A DNA stretch of 59,914 nt from Carcharhinus longimanus. Taxonomy: Eukaryota. A program made the position numbers and the translations under genes. The stretch spans positions 12,963,081 to 13,022,994 of the forward strand of contig JASCQW010000168.1 in NCBI GenBank assembly GCA_030264375.1, read 5' to 3'. Shown here piece by piece: positions 35,864 to 48,603 of this stretch. Position 1 is the stretch's first letter, and every line of letters starts with the position of its first letter. The notes under the pieces are model-generated. The model did no database searches. It was not told the DNA's origin and saw only the letters and a program-made list of their open reading frames with translations.

Positions 35864-36949
35864 CCCAGGAAAAATGTTATGATTTCAGCTGACACAAACT
35901 AGTTTTATTTTATAAGGCAATCTAGTCCACCGAACATACTTAAATTAATATAAATCTTGCTCACCCATCACATCCAAAACATTATATTTGAAAAACAGCA
36001 TTGACAAATTTAATTAAAATAGCTATGAAAACAGGCCAATATTTTCAGAAAAAAGTACCAGTCAGAAGCAATAAACAAAATCCAAGGAGCATTTGAAAAC
36101 TCTTGATAAAGATAGTGCTCAAAATAAGGTTTCAACATAATAAAGACATGAAATAAACAGCAGCATTATTAAACTTACTTAAATTATTTTAATATTTCTT
36201 TCTCTGAGTAGCCTATGGCTACAGTCCATTAAACTTCTCACTGATACAATTCTTAGCTGAATATCGTCAACAAGTTAGCAAATCATAACTTTCAGCAAGG
36301 CTTTATGCTTACAATGCCAAGGATATTTAGACAATTGACAGCAAGGTAGGTCATTTACATTCATTATTACGGGATTTGCTGTTTCTAAAGTTATCACATT
36401 TCCTCTGTTCCATTTGTACATTAAGAAAATGTTGGGGTAAAATCAATAGGTAAGCCATTATTAGAAGCAATCAAAATAACTGGAAATTTACAGATCAAAG
36501 CAAAGTTCAGTGACCACAGCCTGTTAACATTGACATGAATGGTAGCAACTGCCTTCTGCTGGCTTCCACAGCTGCTAAACAGTGCATTGGGGAGGTACTC
36601 TATTTGATATCTGCACCATTTTAGATGTATTTCAATCACTCGAGATACATAGGAACATAGGACTGAGATGCAAGAGTAGCCTGGGGAGAAGCTCAGAAGG
36701 AATAAGTCCTGACAACCCAATCCCAGAAATCATTTGAGGGGAACTATCCTAAATCTACAAAAGGATGCTGAGAGATCTGGGTACATGGGCAACGTTGGAA
36801 AGGATCCACAGGTCTAGCCATCAGTTTGATTGTTTGTTGTCACATTGTTACATCTGTGTTGTGGAAAAAGGCCAGATGAAATTCCGCTTCTGTCTCCATT
36901 CAGATATATAGAACACTAATGCAGGTAAAACCCAATTCCATCGAGAAGG

Positions 36950-37185
36950 TTGAGGGCAGCAGATACCTGAGAACACCACCACTTGCAAGTTCCCTCCCAA
37001 GGAAATATATTGCCATTCCTTCACAGTCAAAATCCTGGAAGTCCCTCCCTAACGGCATTGTGGGTCAACCCACAGCATGTGAACTGCAGCAATTAAGAAG
37101 GCAGCTCACCACCACCTTCTCAAGGGCAACTAAGTATGGGAAATAAATGCTGGTCAGTCAGTGATGCCCATGTCTCACAAATATA
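36950..37185 (+). mobile_element. 3' end of a non-LTR retrotransposon (family shared with 39160-39410 and 42050-42570)
   Basis: SKSWKSLPNGIVGQPT..LQQ then ctcaagggcaactaagtatgggaaataaatgctgg. Confidence 0.7.
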
Positions 37186-37584
37186 AGAGTTTATTTCCAT
37201 CTACTTTCAAGAAAACCATAAGTGTACCCCAGTTTGAAGCAGGATTTATTTTTCCTATATATTTTCTTGCGCTGGGATAGCAACGAGATGGCCAGTGATT
37301 GATCCAACTCCAGTGAAGGTAGACAATACAACTCCTTTAAAAATAACTGACTGCAACACAGTGACAGGTCCTCATGAGTGTTATCATTCATCTGAGAGGC
37401 ATGAGTGAAGTTGGAGAATTAGAAGTTACTGGAAATAAAGAAATAGATCCCCTCACAATACAAAATGCTGTTGTTAATGTTTCTAGGGTGTCATACAATG
37501 ATAGAATGTGGTTTCTATGTTGGAAGTCTGAAAGATAAATGAGATGATTCTCCCAGCCCCTTGTGCTGCTTTTGTAGCATATCA

Positions 37585-38107
37585 GGCCAGGAAATTTCAC
37601 GGGCATCAGGCAGTGCCAAGGGGGCAATCAGTGGGGGGTCCCGCTGCCACTCTGCAATTGGGCTGAGTGACAGAGGGAGGGAGGCTAGCCATTAGGGTGG
37701 GGCAGCCTGCTGGAGGGGTCAGGGCTGTGGGGCAAGTGGGGCAGACATCGAGGCAGGCTGGGAGCAGGGATCAAAGCTGGCTCAGACATGTTTGGGGGGC
37801 AGGGGGCGGGGGGTGCAGCAATTGGGCCGTGGCAAGATCAGAGGGCCAGCAATGTGGGCTGGCCAGCAATTGAGAGGCCGCCAGTGCGGGGCCACTGCGC
37901 ATGTGCCGATCGGCAGATGTGCAATGACCCACTCAGTGCTATACTGCAAGAATAGGCCCATCCACTGAATTTCAGCGTGGTTCATGCTGAGGCACTCTGC
38001 AGTGCAGTGTGGGAGATTCATTTTGAAACTCCTGCAGAAAAATCCAGTGGGATTTATTCCAGTTTTAACACGAGTTCAACACTTGGAATTTTTTGGAGCA
38101 TGGCCCC
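37585..38107. mobile_element. GC-rich non-autonomous DNA transposon (Harbinger-like) remnant
   Basis: Ends ggccaggaaatttc / ttttggagcatggcccc resemble the GGGC-type MITE termini seen at 9276 and 59569. Confidence 0.5.
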
Positions 38108-39105
38108 CAAAGAGTTTTGTTTCATCGAGTAGATCCAACTGCATCAAACTCAGCTTCTAAAAAGGTAGAAAGATTGGTCTCTGTACTGTTGCTGCTTTTC
38201 AGTAAATGCAGATGTTTGAAATCTGTTGGTCTATCCCCCTTTATCTGTACCCCATATGGAAAAACCTTCTCTGGAAGCCTAACTGAAAACCTGCCTGACC
38301 CAGGTGGCAAATATCAATGTAACCTCCAGTTTGCACATGACCACTCCTGTTGAAACAGGTTTATCAAGGATTTTTGACTAGGCAAGGAAAATTGAAGTTG
38401 TGGAAAAATGCATGAGTCAGGACTTAATGGAACAAATTTACAAACAAAGGAACATAATGAATTTGGAACAGGAGTAGGCTATTCGGCCCCTCAAGTCTGC
38501 TCATGCACCATTTGATAAGATCATGGCTGACCTGTCTGTGGCCTGAACTCTACTTTCCCATCTACCCTCAATACCCTCCTTGCATTTTTCATGCCTGCGC
38601 ATAACAGAAACAAGAGTATCACGCTGTGTAATGGTTCTAGATGTTAATTCACTTATGAATGTAGTAACTTCAGATAGACCGACAGACTCCTGTAGGTAAA
38701 ATTATTATTCTGCTCTGAACCATGACCATTTTGACTGCCACTGTATTGCTCGACACTGAGCTAGTTCATACTTGTTCACATTCATGAAGAACGTAAATTC
38801 ACACAAATCAGCAAAAAAATGACAAGGAATGGCAGCTTTTGTTTGGTGACTCTACCAGCAGCTGGGTGAGACAAAGTGCCCAAAATCCAGTGTGCGTGTG
38901 TTACATCCAGGCATTTCTTCCTGCATCCTAATGAATTATAATGCCAGGATTATACTGCTGGGGAATGTGATAGCTAAACAATTACAACAAATTCCAAGGT
39001 TTTGAAGTGATCTGATGGCATCATAAATTATCAGTACGAATTTCATCAAAACCAATAAACTGTAGTATAGCCACAAGAGTACTTAATGCACAACTGCCCC
39101 ATCTC

Positions 39106-39110
<5 letters not shown>

Positions 39111-39138
<28 letters not shown>
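39111..39138. repeat. (GA)14 microsatellite
   Basis: Direct read. Confidence 0.97.
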
Positions 39139-39142
<4 letters not shown>

Positions 39143-39594
39143 CGTGATGATGAAATGCTTCGGACAGCAATGCGTACAATGTACAAGATGCACTCCTTCA
39201 ACAGCAGGTTCCAAACCCGCAAACCATGTGGAGAGACAAGGGCAGCAGATACATGGAACAGCATCACCTGCAAGTTTCCCTTCAAATCACACGACATCTG
39301 GAGGTAAAAATCCTGAAACCTTTTCCTAAAAGCACCATGGGTGGACCACGAAATGTCGACTGCAGGTGTTCATGAAGGCAACCCACAATCACCTTTTCAA
39401 AGGATGGTTTGACAACCTCCATGAGATCCATCAGTAATCACTGATTGATCTCCCTGTGGGCTTGTTGAGTATGAATTCCCTGGTAACAGGCAGTGGCCTG
39501 CCCAGTTCATTACCTTAGCCTTTTACAAAGCAGGCCCAGGCCTGGGCCTATTGAACTGTAGTCACAGGCAGGGACAAGTGGGTGCACACTACAC

Positions 39595-39737
39595 TCTTTC
39601 TCTGTACCCGAGCTATGACTGTAACACTACATTCTGCACTCTCTCGTATGAATGGTATGCTTTGTCTGTATAGCGCGCAAGAAATAATACTTTTCACTGT
39701 ATGCTAACTCGTGACAATAATAAATCAAATCAAATCA
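39595..39737 (+). mobile_element. Rex1 3' UTR
   Basis: Homologous to 15390-15577; aatcaaatcaaatc tail. Confidence 0.8.
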
Positions 39738-39869
39738 CGCCATGGTAGTGGTTTAACTTTGCATTCTGTAATATCTTTGCTCCTTTCCAGTCAGACTTCC
39801 TGAGCCATTACATATGGACAATAAATGAATGCCTTGTCAGCAAAGCCCACGTACTGTCAAAGAAAAAAG

Positions 39870-40330
39870 CTCTCCTTGCAAACATCTGGAGGCCAAAATT
39901 GGGAGAGCTGGCCCACATACTAGTCAAGCAGCAACCTGACATGGGCATACTCGCCGAATCAGATCTTAAAGAAAATGTCCCAGATACTAACATCACCATC
40001 TCTGGTTATGGTCTGTCCCTCAAAAAGGACAAACCCACTAACGATGGTATTAAATCAAGAGGCAATTGCCCTGGGAGTGTTCAACATTGGCTCTGAACTC
40101 CACAATGTCTCATGGCATCAGGTCAAACACAGGCAAGAAGACTTCCTGTTGATTACCATTTACTGACACCTACCCTCAGCTGATAAATCAGTACTCTTTA
40201 ATGTTGAAAGCCATTTGGAGGAAGCACTAAGTGTGGAAAGGAAATAGAATGTACTCTGGATGGGAGATCTCAATGTCCCACTACCGAGCAAGCTGGCACA
40301 GCCCTAAAGGACATTGCTGCGAGACTGGTT
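39870..40330 (+). mobile_element. Non-LTR retrotransposon APE endonuclease fragment
   Basis: ANIWRPKLGELAHILVKQQPDMGILAESDLKENVPDTNITISGY carries APE motif I/II-like sequence. Confidence 0.75.
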
Positions 40331-40399
40331 TCAGACATAGTGTCCAGTCCATTGTAGTTGCTTGATTGCTTGTGGAGGTAGCTTCAAGAAAGACACTAA

Positions 40400-40737
40400 C
40401 ATAGAATCCCTACAGTGCAGAAGGAAGCCATTCAGCCCATCAAGTGTGAACCGACTCTCCGACAGAGCATCTTATCCAGGCCCGCCCCCAGCACTATTCC
40501 CGTAAGCCCACGCATTTACTCTGCTAATCCCTCTAACCTACACACCTTGGGACACTAAGAGGCAATTTAGCATACCAATCTATCTAATCTGTGCATCTGT
40601 GGGCCGAAACTGTAGCATCCTGAGGAAATCCATGCCGACACGGGGAGAACTGGCAAACTTCACACAGTCACCCCAGGCTGGAATCGAGCTTGCAACCCTG
40701 GCATTATGAGGCAGCAGTACGAACCACTGTGCCGTCT
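40400..40737 (-). mobile_element. HE1-type V-SINE
   Basis: agaatccctacagtgcagaagg tail; head reverse complement gcacagtggttcgtactgctgcctcataatgccaggg. Confidence 0.9.
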
Positions 40738-40739
40738 TG

Positions 40740-40900
40740 CTGAGAATGTGGCAGAAGAATTGCTGATGGAATTTCTCTAACATTCTTACGTGTCACTAAT
40801 GTACAGTCCAGTTCTCACTGCAGTACAGAATGTGGTGGCAATAACTGCTCTGTATACTAGGGTGTTTGCGGAGATCTCTTGTCAAATACTCACTGCCACA
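40740..40900 (-). mobile_element. RTE LINE RT C-terminal fragment
   Basis: Frameshifted YRAVI..LY.SENWT...RMLEKFHQQFFCHIL. Confidence 0.65.
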
Positions 40901-42049
40901 ATTTGTAGAAGGCTGATCTGGCGCAGCTGGTTGGGTATTGGATCTCCTTGTCAGTCGGAACATTCAAGCCTGGATATCAACTCCATGCTGAAACAACAGC
41001 ATAGTACCTGTCCATGGTACTGAAATGGCAATGAAATATTTCTAGTCTGAGCGTGCAAGGAATCACTTCCCTGGCCTTAGCAACCTTGCAACTTCAAGTA
41101 GTTGTGGATGGCCCATGGTGTTGTGCTTGGGTATTCTGGAATCTAAAGCACAGTCTATCAGCTTAAGGCTACTACTCAAATACTACCTGCAGGAACGTAA
41201 GTAATTGTGTTTGCTTTTATTTGCCACAGGTCAATTACAGGGCAGTAAATTACATGCTAATTTCAAGCTTCAGAGTAAGCTATATGGTCACAGTTCTTTC
41301 ATGTCATTTTGCATCAGTAATAAAGTGCAACGTCTGAAAGGCTACAAATGTGGTCTTGAAGCAAGGTATTTTATGAGTTCCTCTTAAAAATAGAAATTAT
41401 TAATCAGATTCATGGCTGAAATACAAGCTTACAATAAAGATCTTTAAGATAATGAAAGGGTTTGACAGAGTAGCAGCAGAAAATACTGACACTTGTAGCC
41501 AAGTCCAAAACTAGGCATTATCGAAACAGTTACTAATAAATCCAATAAGAAATTCAGAAGTGCATTTACAAAGAGTGGTTAGAATACACAATGTACGCCC
41601 CACAAGGAGTTGTTGAGACAAAGAACACAATTGTTTTTGTTCATTTGTTTATGGGATGTGAATGTCAATGGCTCAACCAGCATTTAATGCCCATCCCTAA
41701 GCACTCTTGAGAAGGGGAAATTCGATAAGTACATGAGACATAAGAGAATAGGAGACAATGTTGTTAGGGTTAGATGAAGGAAGAGTTGAAGGAGGCTCAA
41801 GAGGAGCATAAATGTTGATATAGACCAGTAAGACTCACTTGTCTGGTTCTATGCTATATAGACTCAATGCAACTTGCCTGCAAAACTAAAATTGCTATGG
41901 AAACAACAATCTTTAAGTGCAGCAGACGTACTACTCATTTGAGACATAAATATCAGAGCATAATGGAAGCCTTTTGTGCCATTTCGTTTCAGGTTAGGTA
42001 TGTTTGCCAACCAGTTTGTTGCTACAAAAGCAGAAGTTTGGTATTCTCT

Positions 42050-42570
42050 GCTGAGTAACTCACCCACTAACTCCCCAAAGTGTTTCTACCATACACTAAG
42101 CACAAGTCAGGAGTCTGATGGAATACTTTCAACCTAGATGAGTGCAGCTCCAGCAGCACAAGAAGCTTGAGTACTATCCAAGACAAAGCAGCTTGCAGAA
42201 TTAGCATCCTAACCACTGCATTGAATATTCACTTTCTCCAACTTAAGCGCACAGCATATTACTATCTCTATGATCTCGAATAGTACCTCTCAAACCTGTG
42301 ACCTCTACCACCCGGGAGGGATAAGTGCAGTAAACACAAGAGAACATCATCACTTGGAAGTTCTCCTCCAAGTCACACAACATCCTGACTTGGAATTATG
42401 TCTCTTTCATATCTGTCACTGGGTCAAAATCCTGGAACCTGCTACTTACTAGCATTGTGTAAGTAACTTAGCCATATAAGCTGAAGCAGTTCAAGATGAT
42501 TCAATACCACCTGCTACGAGAAAACAAAAATGCCATTTTGCCAGCAATAATCACATCTCAAACAATTTTT
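42050..42570 (+). mobile_element. Non-LTR retrotransposon 3' fragment
   Basis: AQVRSLMEY...MSAAPAAQ..L..IQDKAACRI-type RT C-terminus. Confidence 0.7.
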
Positions 42571-42829
42571 TAAAACATGTCACCAACTAATAGGAGTTTA
42601 TTTAGATCCTTTTGGCTTAAGCTGTTTTCTATAGATTTGAGTATCACATGCAATAACATATCAGCAAGAGGTGTTTTCTGGAGGCTCATACTGGAGAGAG
42701 TGAGGTGTAGCATGACGTCCATCCTGACATTTCAGACGGTCCTAGTCATGCAATTTAGTGCTCATGAAACTCACAATTAGAGCAGTGATTTGGATTCACA
42801 AAACCTTTAAGAGGGCAAAAGGTAGTAAG

Positions 42830-43175
42830 GCACATAATGTAACAAAATCTGACAACAAGCCACATAAGAAAATATTAGAATAGCTAATCAAAGAGGTAGG
42901 TTTTAAAGAGGGTCTTAAAAGGAGGATGGAGAAGTGGAGGGACAAGGAGGTTTTGGGGAGAAAATCCAGGCCTTAAGGCATAGTCAGCTGAAGGCATTGC
43001 CAATAATATTGCAGGGTGAAAATCAGGCATGTGCAAGAGGCTAAAACTTGAAGAACAGAGACAGCCAACAGCTGTAGGGTGGTTACAGAGATAGAGGAAG
43101 GCAAGGGCACGGAAGAAGTTGTAACAAGGATTTTTTTTTAAGTTGAAGCATTTTTGGACTGGAGCCAATGTAAGA
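42830..43175 (-). mobile_element. L2 LINE 3' fragment
   Basis: PFKTLFKTYLFD, the terminal L2 motif. Confidence 0.7.
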
Positions 43176-44499
43176 CAGAAAACACTGTAAACTTATTACC
43201 AAGAACTCACTGAACCATGGAGGGCACCTTTAACCACAGACCATTTTAAGTACATTGGAAGGAATTGAGTCCAACAGAAGCCAGAAAGAACAACAATTTA
43301 AGAAGTATTGTTAGTGTTTGGAAATAGGCCAATGACTATATTTAATTTGGAATAAAGAAAATGCCATAATGTGTAATGAAAACAAAACTGATAATGACAT
43401 TATTTACTGTTCACACAGATTGAAACAAAATGTCATAACAAACCCTCAGAATCCATCCTTGTAATTAGAATAGCAGTACTGTTTATCACACGGGTAATAA
43501 TGCACTCCCGAATTTCATCCCTGACCACAGCATCATTGAATGATACTGTAGAGAGGAGGCCGTGGTAGCTTATGAACGGCTTTGAGCATTTGAGTATACT
43601 AAGGTCATCCTTTGATGAGTCATTGCTGGTGGTGATGTCGGATATTAATGAGCAGGAAACTCCTCCACTCTCCCTCCCAGTGACTGAGCTGCAAAATCTG
43701 TCAACTGAAGTTTGAAGAGCCAGGGAGCGAAGGTTAGACCGTTTCTGCAATGTGTCAGGAGGGAGCAATGGGAGGTCTATGAATGAGTCCCTCTCCTCAT
43801 TCCATTGACTGATTTGGATCAAGGAAACGATGGGTTCAACTAAAATTAGAATTATTGTCCTGACAAATACCTAACTTCCAGACATGAGACAATGTAATGA
43901 GTGTGATTGTACTATTAACTCAAATTCAGCCCAGGCAGATGTCATTGTTTTTTGTTTTTGGTACTGAATGAGCCAAACTGGCACAAATCCAGAAAGCTCT
44001 AAGTGAGAACATGAAGATAAAAAGTGCAGAATAATATCAGATTAGTGCGGTAGGGAGCATACTTTGGAAGCTGGGATTCAGACAGATTGTCTCGATCATG
44101 GGGTCAGAGCTAATAGCATTGAATCCAAGTCATCTTACTCCTGATTCAGTATTGCTCAACCTGAGTTAACGCAAAGCACAAATAAAGTCCAATTGGCTGG
44201 CATTTTGTCATTATCTAGCTTAATGTGCACAATGGCACACTCACTTAGACATAATAAATTACATTAAAATGCATCCAAGAATACTGTGTGCTGTAACAAT
44301 CATTACTTTGCAAATTCAGAATAAATGCTAAACAAGACCTACTCAAAATCCCTTCACCATAAAGCACCGTAATGACTTCCATATGTTCCAACTTGCCACT
44401 GAACACTCGCTATCTTATTGCTATACCAGAGATATACCACAGGTCACACGTGTTAACAAGAGTATTAGACGGAAAAGAGGGAGGCAAATGTGGTATCAG

Positions 44500-44840
44500 G
44501 AAAGACAGATTTGGGTTTATACAACACTTTTACAAACTCAGGACACCCCAACTAAATTCTTTTGAAGTATTTCCATATAGAAACCAGCCAATTTGTATAC
44601 AGTCAAGTCCCACAAAACAGCAATGAGATTACATTTTTTTTTGCTTAACCATGTTCAATGAGGGCGAAATATTAAGCAGGACGCCAAGAAAAACTCTCAT
44701 TTTCTTCTTTCAGATATTGTCACGAAAGTTTTCATGTCTACCTCAAAGATAAGAAGCAGAGCTTCAGTTCAACATCACATCCAAAAGACTCACTATGTCA
44801 CATTCAAAAGGCAGCCTAAGTTTAGTGCTCAAATCTTTGG
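44500..44840 (-). mobile_element. DeuSINE-like element
   Basis: Inverted homologue of 31010-31270 and 52885-53125. Confidence 0.55.
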
Positions 44841-45139
44841 TGACAATAATAAATAAAAAGTTATTTATCAATTCAAAAACAACTTTTTCTTTAAAAAGAC
44901 TGTATAAAGTTTGCATGACTGTTGGGTGTTATTAATAGATGCTGAACTAATTGATAAGAATTTTCTTTGTGATATCATCGTAGCCTATTAACCTGTTAAA
45001 AAAAATAGGACCAGTCCCTTCAATAAAGCAATTAACTTANNNNNNNNNNNNNNNNNNNNNNNNNNNNNNNNNNNNNNNNNNNNNNNNNNNNNNNNNNNNN
45101 NNNNNNNNNNNNNNNNNNNNNNNNNNNNNNNNNNNNNNN

Positions 45140-45320
45140 TCACCCTTTAAATAGTAATCCCTCCTACTATTATTTCTGCCAAAGTGGATAACCTCACACT
45201 TGCTAACATTATACTCTATCTGCCAGGTCCTCGCCCACTTGCCCAGCCTATCCAGATCCCTCTGCAGACTTTCCACACCCTCCACACAATTTGCTTTTCC
45301 ACTCATCTTCGTGTCATTGA
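45140..45320 (-). mobile_element. Young CR1 RT fragment abutting a gap
   Basis: DTKMSGKANCVEGVESLQRDLDRLGKWARTWQIEYNVSKCEVIHFGRNN. Confidence 0.92.
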
Positions 45321-45444
45321 CAGGTAAAAATCACACAAGGTACAAAATGCTTTCCCACTAATATCAACAACAATCCTTTCTAACTAACTGCAAAGTGGGA
45401 AATGTCTATTGATGCCACTCTTAGTCAGTATGTTGAGGAAATTA

Positions 45445-45590
45445 AAGTTAAAGTTTATTTATTAGAGTCATAGGTAGGCTTACATTAACACTGCAGTGAA
45501 TTAACTGTGAAAATCCCCGAGTCGCCACACTCCGGCTCCTGTTCAGGTACACCAAAGGAGAATTTAGCATGATCAATGCACCCTAGCCCG
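45445..45590 (-). mobile_element. HE1-variant SINE tail (Rex1-like type)
   Basis: aaagtttatttattagagtcataggtaggcttacattaacactgc...; similar tails at 46500-46552 (+) and 49664-49765 (-). Confidence 0.8.
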
Positions 45591-48349
45591 ATTGTTTCAA
45601 ACTGCTTATTAAATATCAAATCATGCTGGGGTGTTATGATCCTGGTTTACATGCATCTTAAGTAAAAATACTAGAAAGAAAACCTATAACCCAGAGTCAG
45701 GGTTTAAGTTACTGTACATAACCACAACAACATCATTCTTTCTGTACAATATATCAGATATTGACTTGTTTACAGACATGCATTAGATCTGAATTTTTAT
45801 TCTATAAGTAAATACAGTACAGTGGGCTTCACATTCTGACATCAAAGTCAAACAATGCACAACACTACAATCTACGTAGATAAATTATCAGTCATTCCTT
45901 GAACTGTCTAGGTTCCTCTGACAATCCCTCTTAAATCTGTCCAATTCCCCAACTTTAAGAGCATCCTTACAATCTAACTTTTTAAGTGAGCATTTGGTCA
46001 TTGCTTCTAATCTTTCCTTTGATTCATCACTCCTTTCTCCTCTAAGCCTCTATGAAACACCTGCAGGTGTTCCCATGTACGCAAGCCACAATAAGTATGT
46101 TACTGATGGCTAAACTCTCATTACAACTTCCCATATTGAAGAAAGAGTCCAGTGGCAATCATCCAGTTGACTGGATATGCAGGTTAGGTGGAGTTATGGG
46201 GGATAGGACCAGGGAGTGGGCCTGAGTGCTCTTTTAGAGGGCCTCTACAGACTTGATGGACCAAATGATCTCCCATCTGCATTGTAGGGCTTCCCTGGAT
46301 TCTATTTACAGTGATAGCTAAATGGTTTCAACTATTTTTTTCATTCCTGACCCCGTCTGGGTTTGGGAACAAATCCTACAGGGTTTGGTATTCTTGAGAT
46401 ATTCTAATATTGAACAGAATTTACAGCACAGTCCCATGTGTTTGCACAGATTCCCCTTAAATGCATTTGATTTTCACAGTAACACTCAGTAAAATTTTAC
46501 ACTCATTGCAGTGTAAGCCTACTTATCACACTAATAAATAAACTTAAACTTTAAGCTATGGCATTCACTTCAACTACATTTTGGGATAGCAAGTTCCACA
46601 ATTCTCAACACAAAGATAAAGTATGAAATGTGGACCTTCCTCCATGTTCTATAATGTATAATCCAAAAAAATCACCTTAAGACAAAGTACAAGCCCTGTA
46701 TATTAATACTGGAGATCTAACATTAAGATATTAATATCTCCAAGAGATAGGTATGGCTGGTTTTCCAGAATAAGTCAGTGAATACTAATGCAAGAGTGAA
46801 TAACTAGTGATGAGTGAGGTTGCAGCAGCTATCTGTGTTAGCATGCAAACGAGAATCACTTCATGCATTATGAATGGTCACAACTGGGATTACTTTTTCC
46901 ACAATCTGTTCANNNNNNNNNNNNNNNNNNNNNNNNNNNNNNNNNNNNNNNNNNNNNNNNNNNNNNNNNNNNNNNNNNNNNNNNNNNNNNNNNNNNNNNN
47001 NNNNNNNNNNNNCCACAATCTGTTCAGTTTTGTTGAGTGTCATATGTCGACTATGTTGTCTTAAATTTTTCATGGTATCAAATATATTTGCTACCCCATT
47101 TCAATGGTCCGCATTTATTGCGACGTCCTTTGAGCAAATGTGACTGTATATTTATGCGAACATGCTAAGAAGAAAGAGCAATGTATCAGAATGTTCTATC
47201 GCCCGAATATTTCACCTGCTGTTCAGTGAGGTTTTTGTGTGGTTTGGAAACATATGCCAAGTGGCTAGGTGGCAGGGTATTATGAGATATACTCGTGAGG
47301 ATTTTTTGGCAGGAGCTTTTTGCTTTGTAAGTTAAGTTGCACCTATTTTTGAATTTCAGTGTCTCTGGGGCAAGTGAATACCTAGAAGACAATACGCTAT
47401 ACCTCAGAACAAAAAAAGCATAACCGCAAACTGAACATTCAGCGAAGCCCCTTGCTGCAGATTTACAACAATTCAAGCTTCTCAAAAGAACCCAATCAGT
47501 TTAAAGGAAATTCCTGATGTAAACACGAAGAAATATTTGCATCAAAACTTTACGTTTCAGTCAACTATACTCTGCAGAGGAAATCTACTGGTTAATGCAA
47601 TGGCAACTATAAGTGAAAGGGTCATAGCCAGAAGAACAATAGAAAGAGTAGAGTTTGAAAGTATATGAACAGTGTGCATGACAGTACATTTTTAAAAATT
47701 TGCATTAATAACATTAATTTTATATAAATTAGACAAAGTTCACTTCAGATGGTTTGATTCTGTCAATACTAGTTGGATATAAACAGGGTGGTTATGCAAC
47801 CAGCCGTATTGTCATTGGAAATGACAAGCTAGTTAGCTTGCTTCACTCAATATGATTATACAAATTCCTTTATTTGTTTCTTCCAATTTTCTCTCTTGCG
47901 CCAAGAGTATATTCTACTGGATATCCTTAGCATGTCACCCATGAAGCTGATCCTAACCATGTGCAGACTTGGACCCAAGCCGATCGTTATGATACGCATA
48001 TGAACACATCTCATAAGGATTACTGGATAGTGATGAGGAACAGGAACTTTAGGAGTTTCCCCCTTCCCTGCTTCACCTGAATTAATGCATATTTGTTTGC
48101 TTGAAAAACATGCAATAAACCAGCTTTCAATTATTAATTTTGTAATTAAAAACACCCACAAAGATCAGTGGAAGTTTGGCAATTCAGTGTAACTTGGCAT
48201 GGTCTGGGATTTTTATTATGATGGATTTTTGACATGCATTGATTGTAAAACGTACCACAGCAAGATCATTTGTAACAGTATACAAAGCCAGAATTGATTG
48301 ACAGCAGCAATCTCCATTTATATGCTCATCATCAGGTGAGAAACATCAC

Positions 48350-48603
48350 CATCAGGGAAAAAGATATAAAAGTCTGAGATTGTGTACCAACCAATTCAAA
48401 ACCAGCTTCTTCCCACCACTTTTGAATACTTATATTAAGTTAACCTTTCTCTACACCCTAGTAGGACTGTAACACTATTTTCTGCACCCTCTCCTTTCCT
48501 TCTCCCCTATGTATTGTATGAATTATATGTTTTGACTGTAAAGCGCACAAGAAGCAATACTTTTCATTTTATATCAATACACGTGACAAAGAAAATCAAA
48601 TAA
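48350..48603 (+). mobile_element. Rex1 3' end
   Basis: ccatcagggaaaaagatataaaagtctgag...acgtgacaaagaaaatcaaat. Confidence 0.8.

Noticed and set aside
37585-38107. GC-rich patch as a CpG-island promoter
   Set aside because: G-rich but CpG-poor, with MITE-like termini; better explained as a DNA transposon remnant.
3558-47143. Long ORFs containing poly-X in the ORF track
   Set aside because: Artefacts of translating through N gaps.
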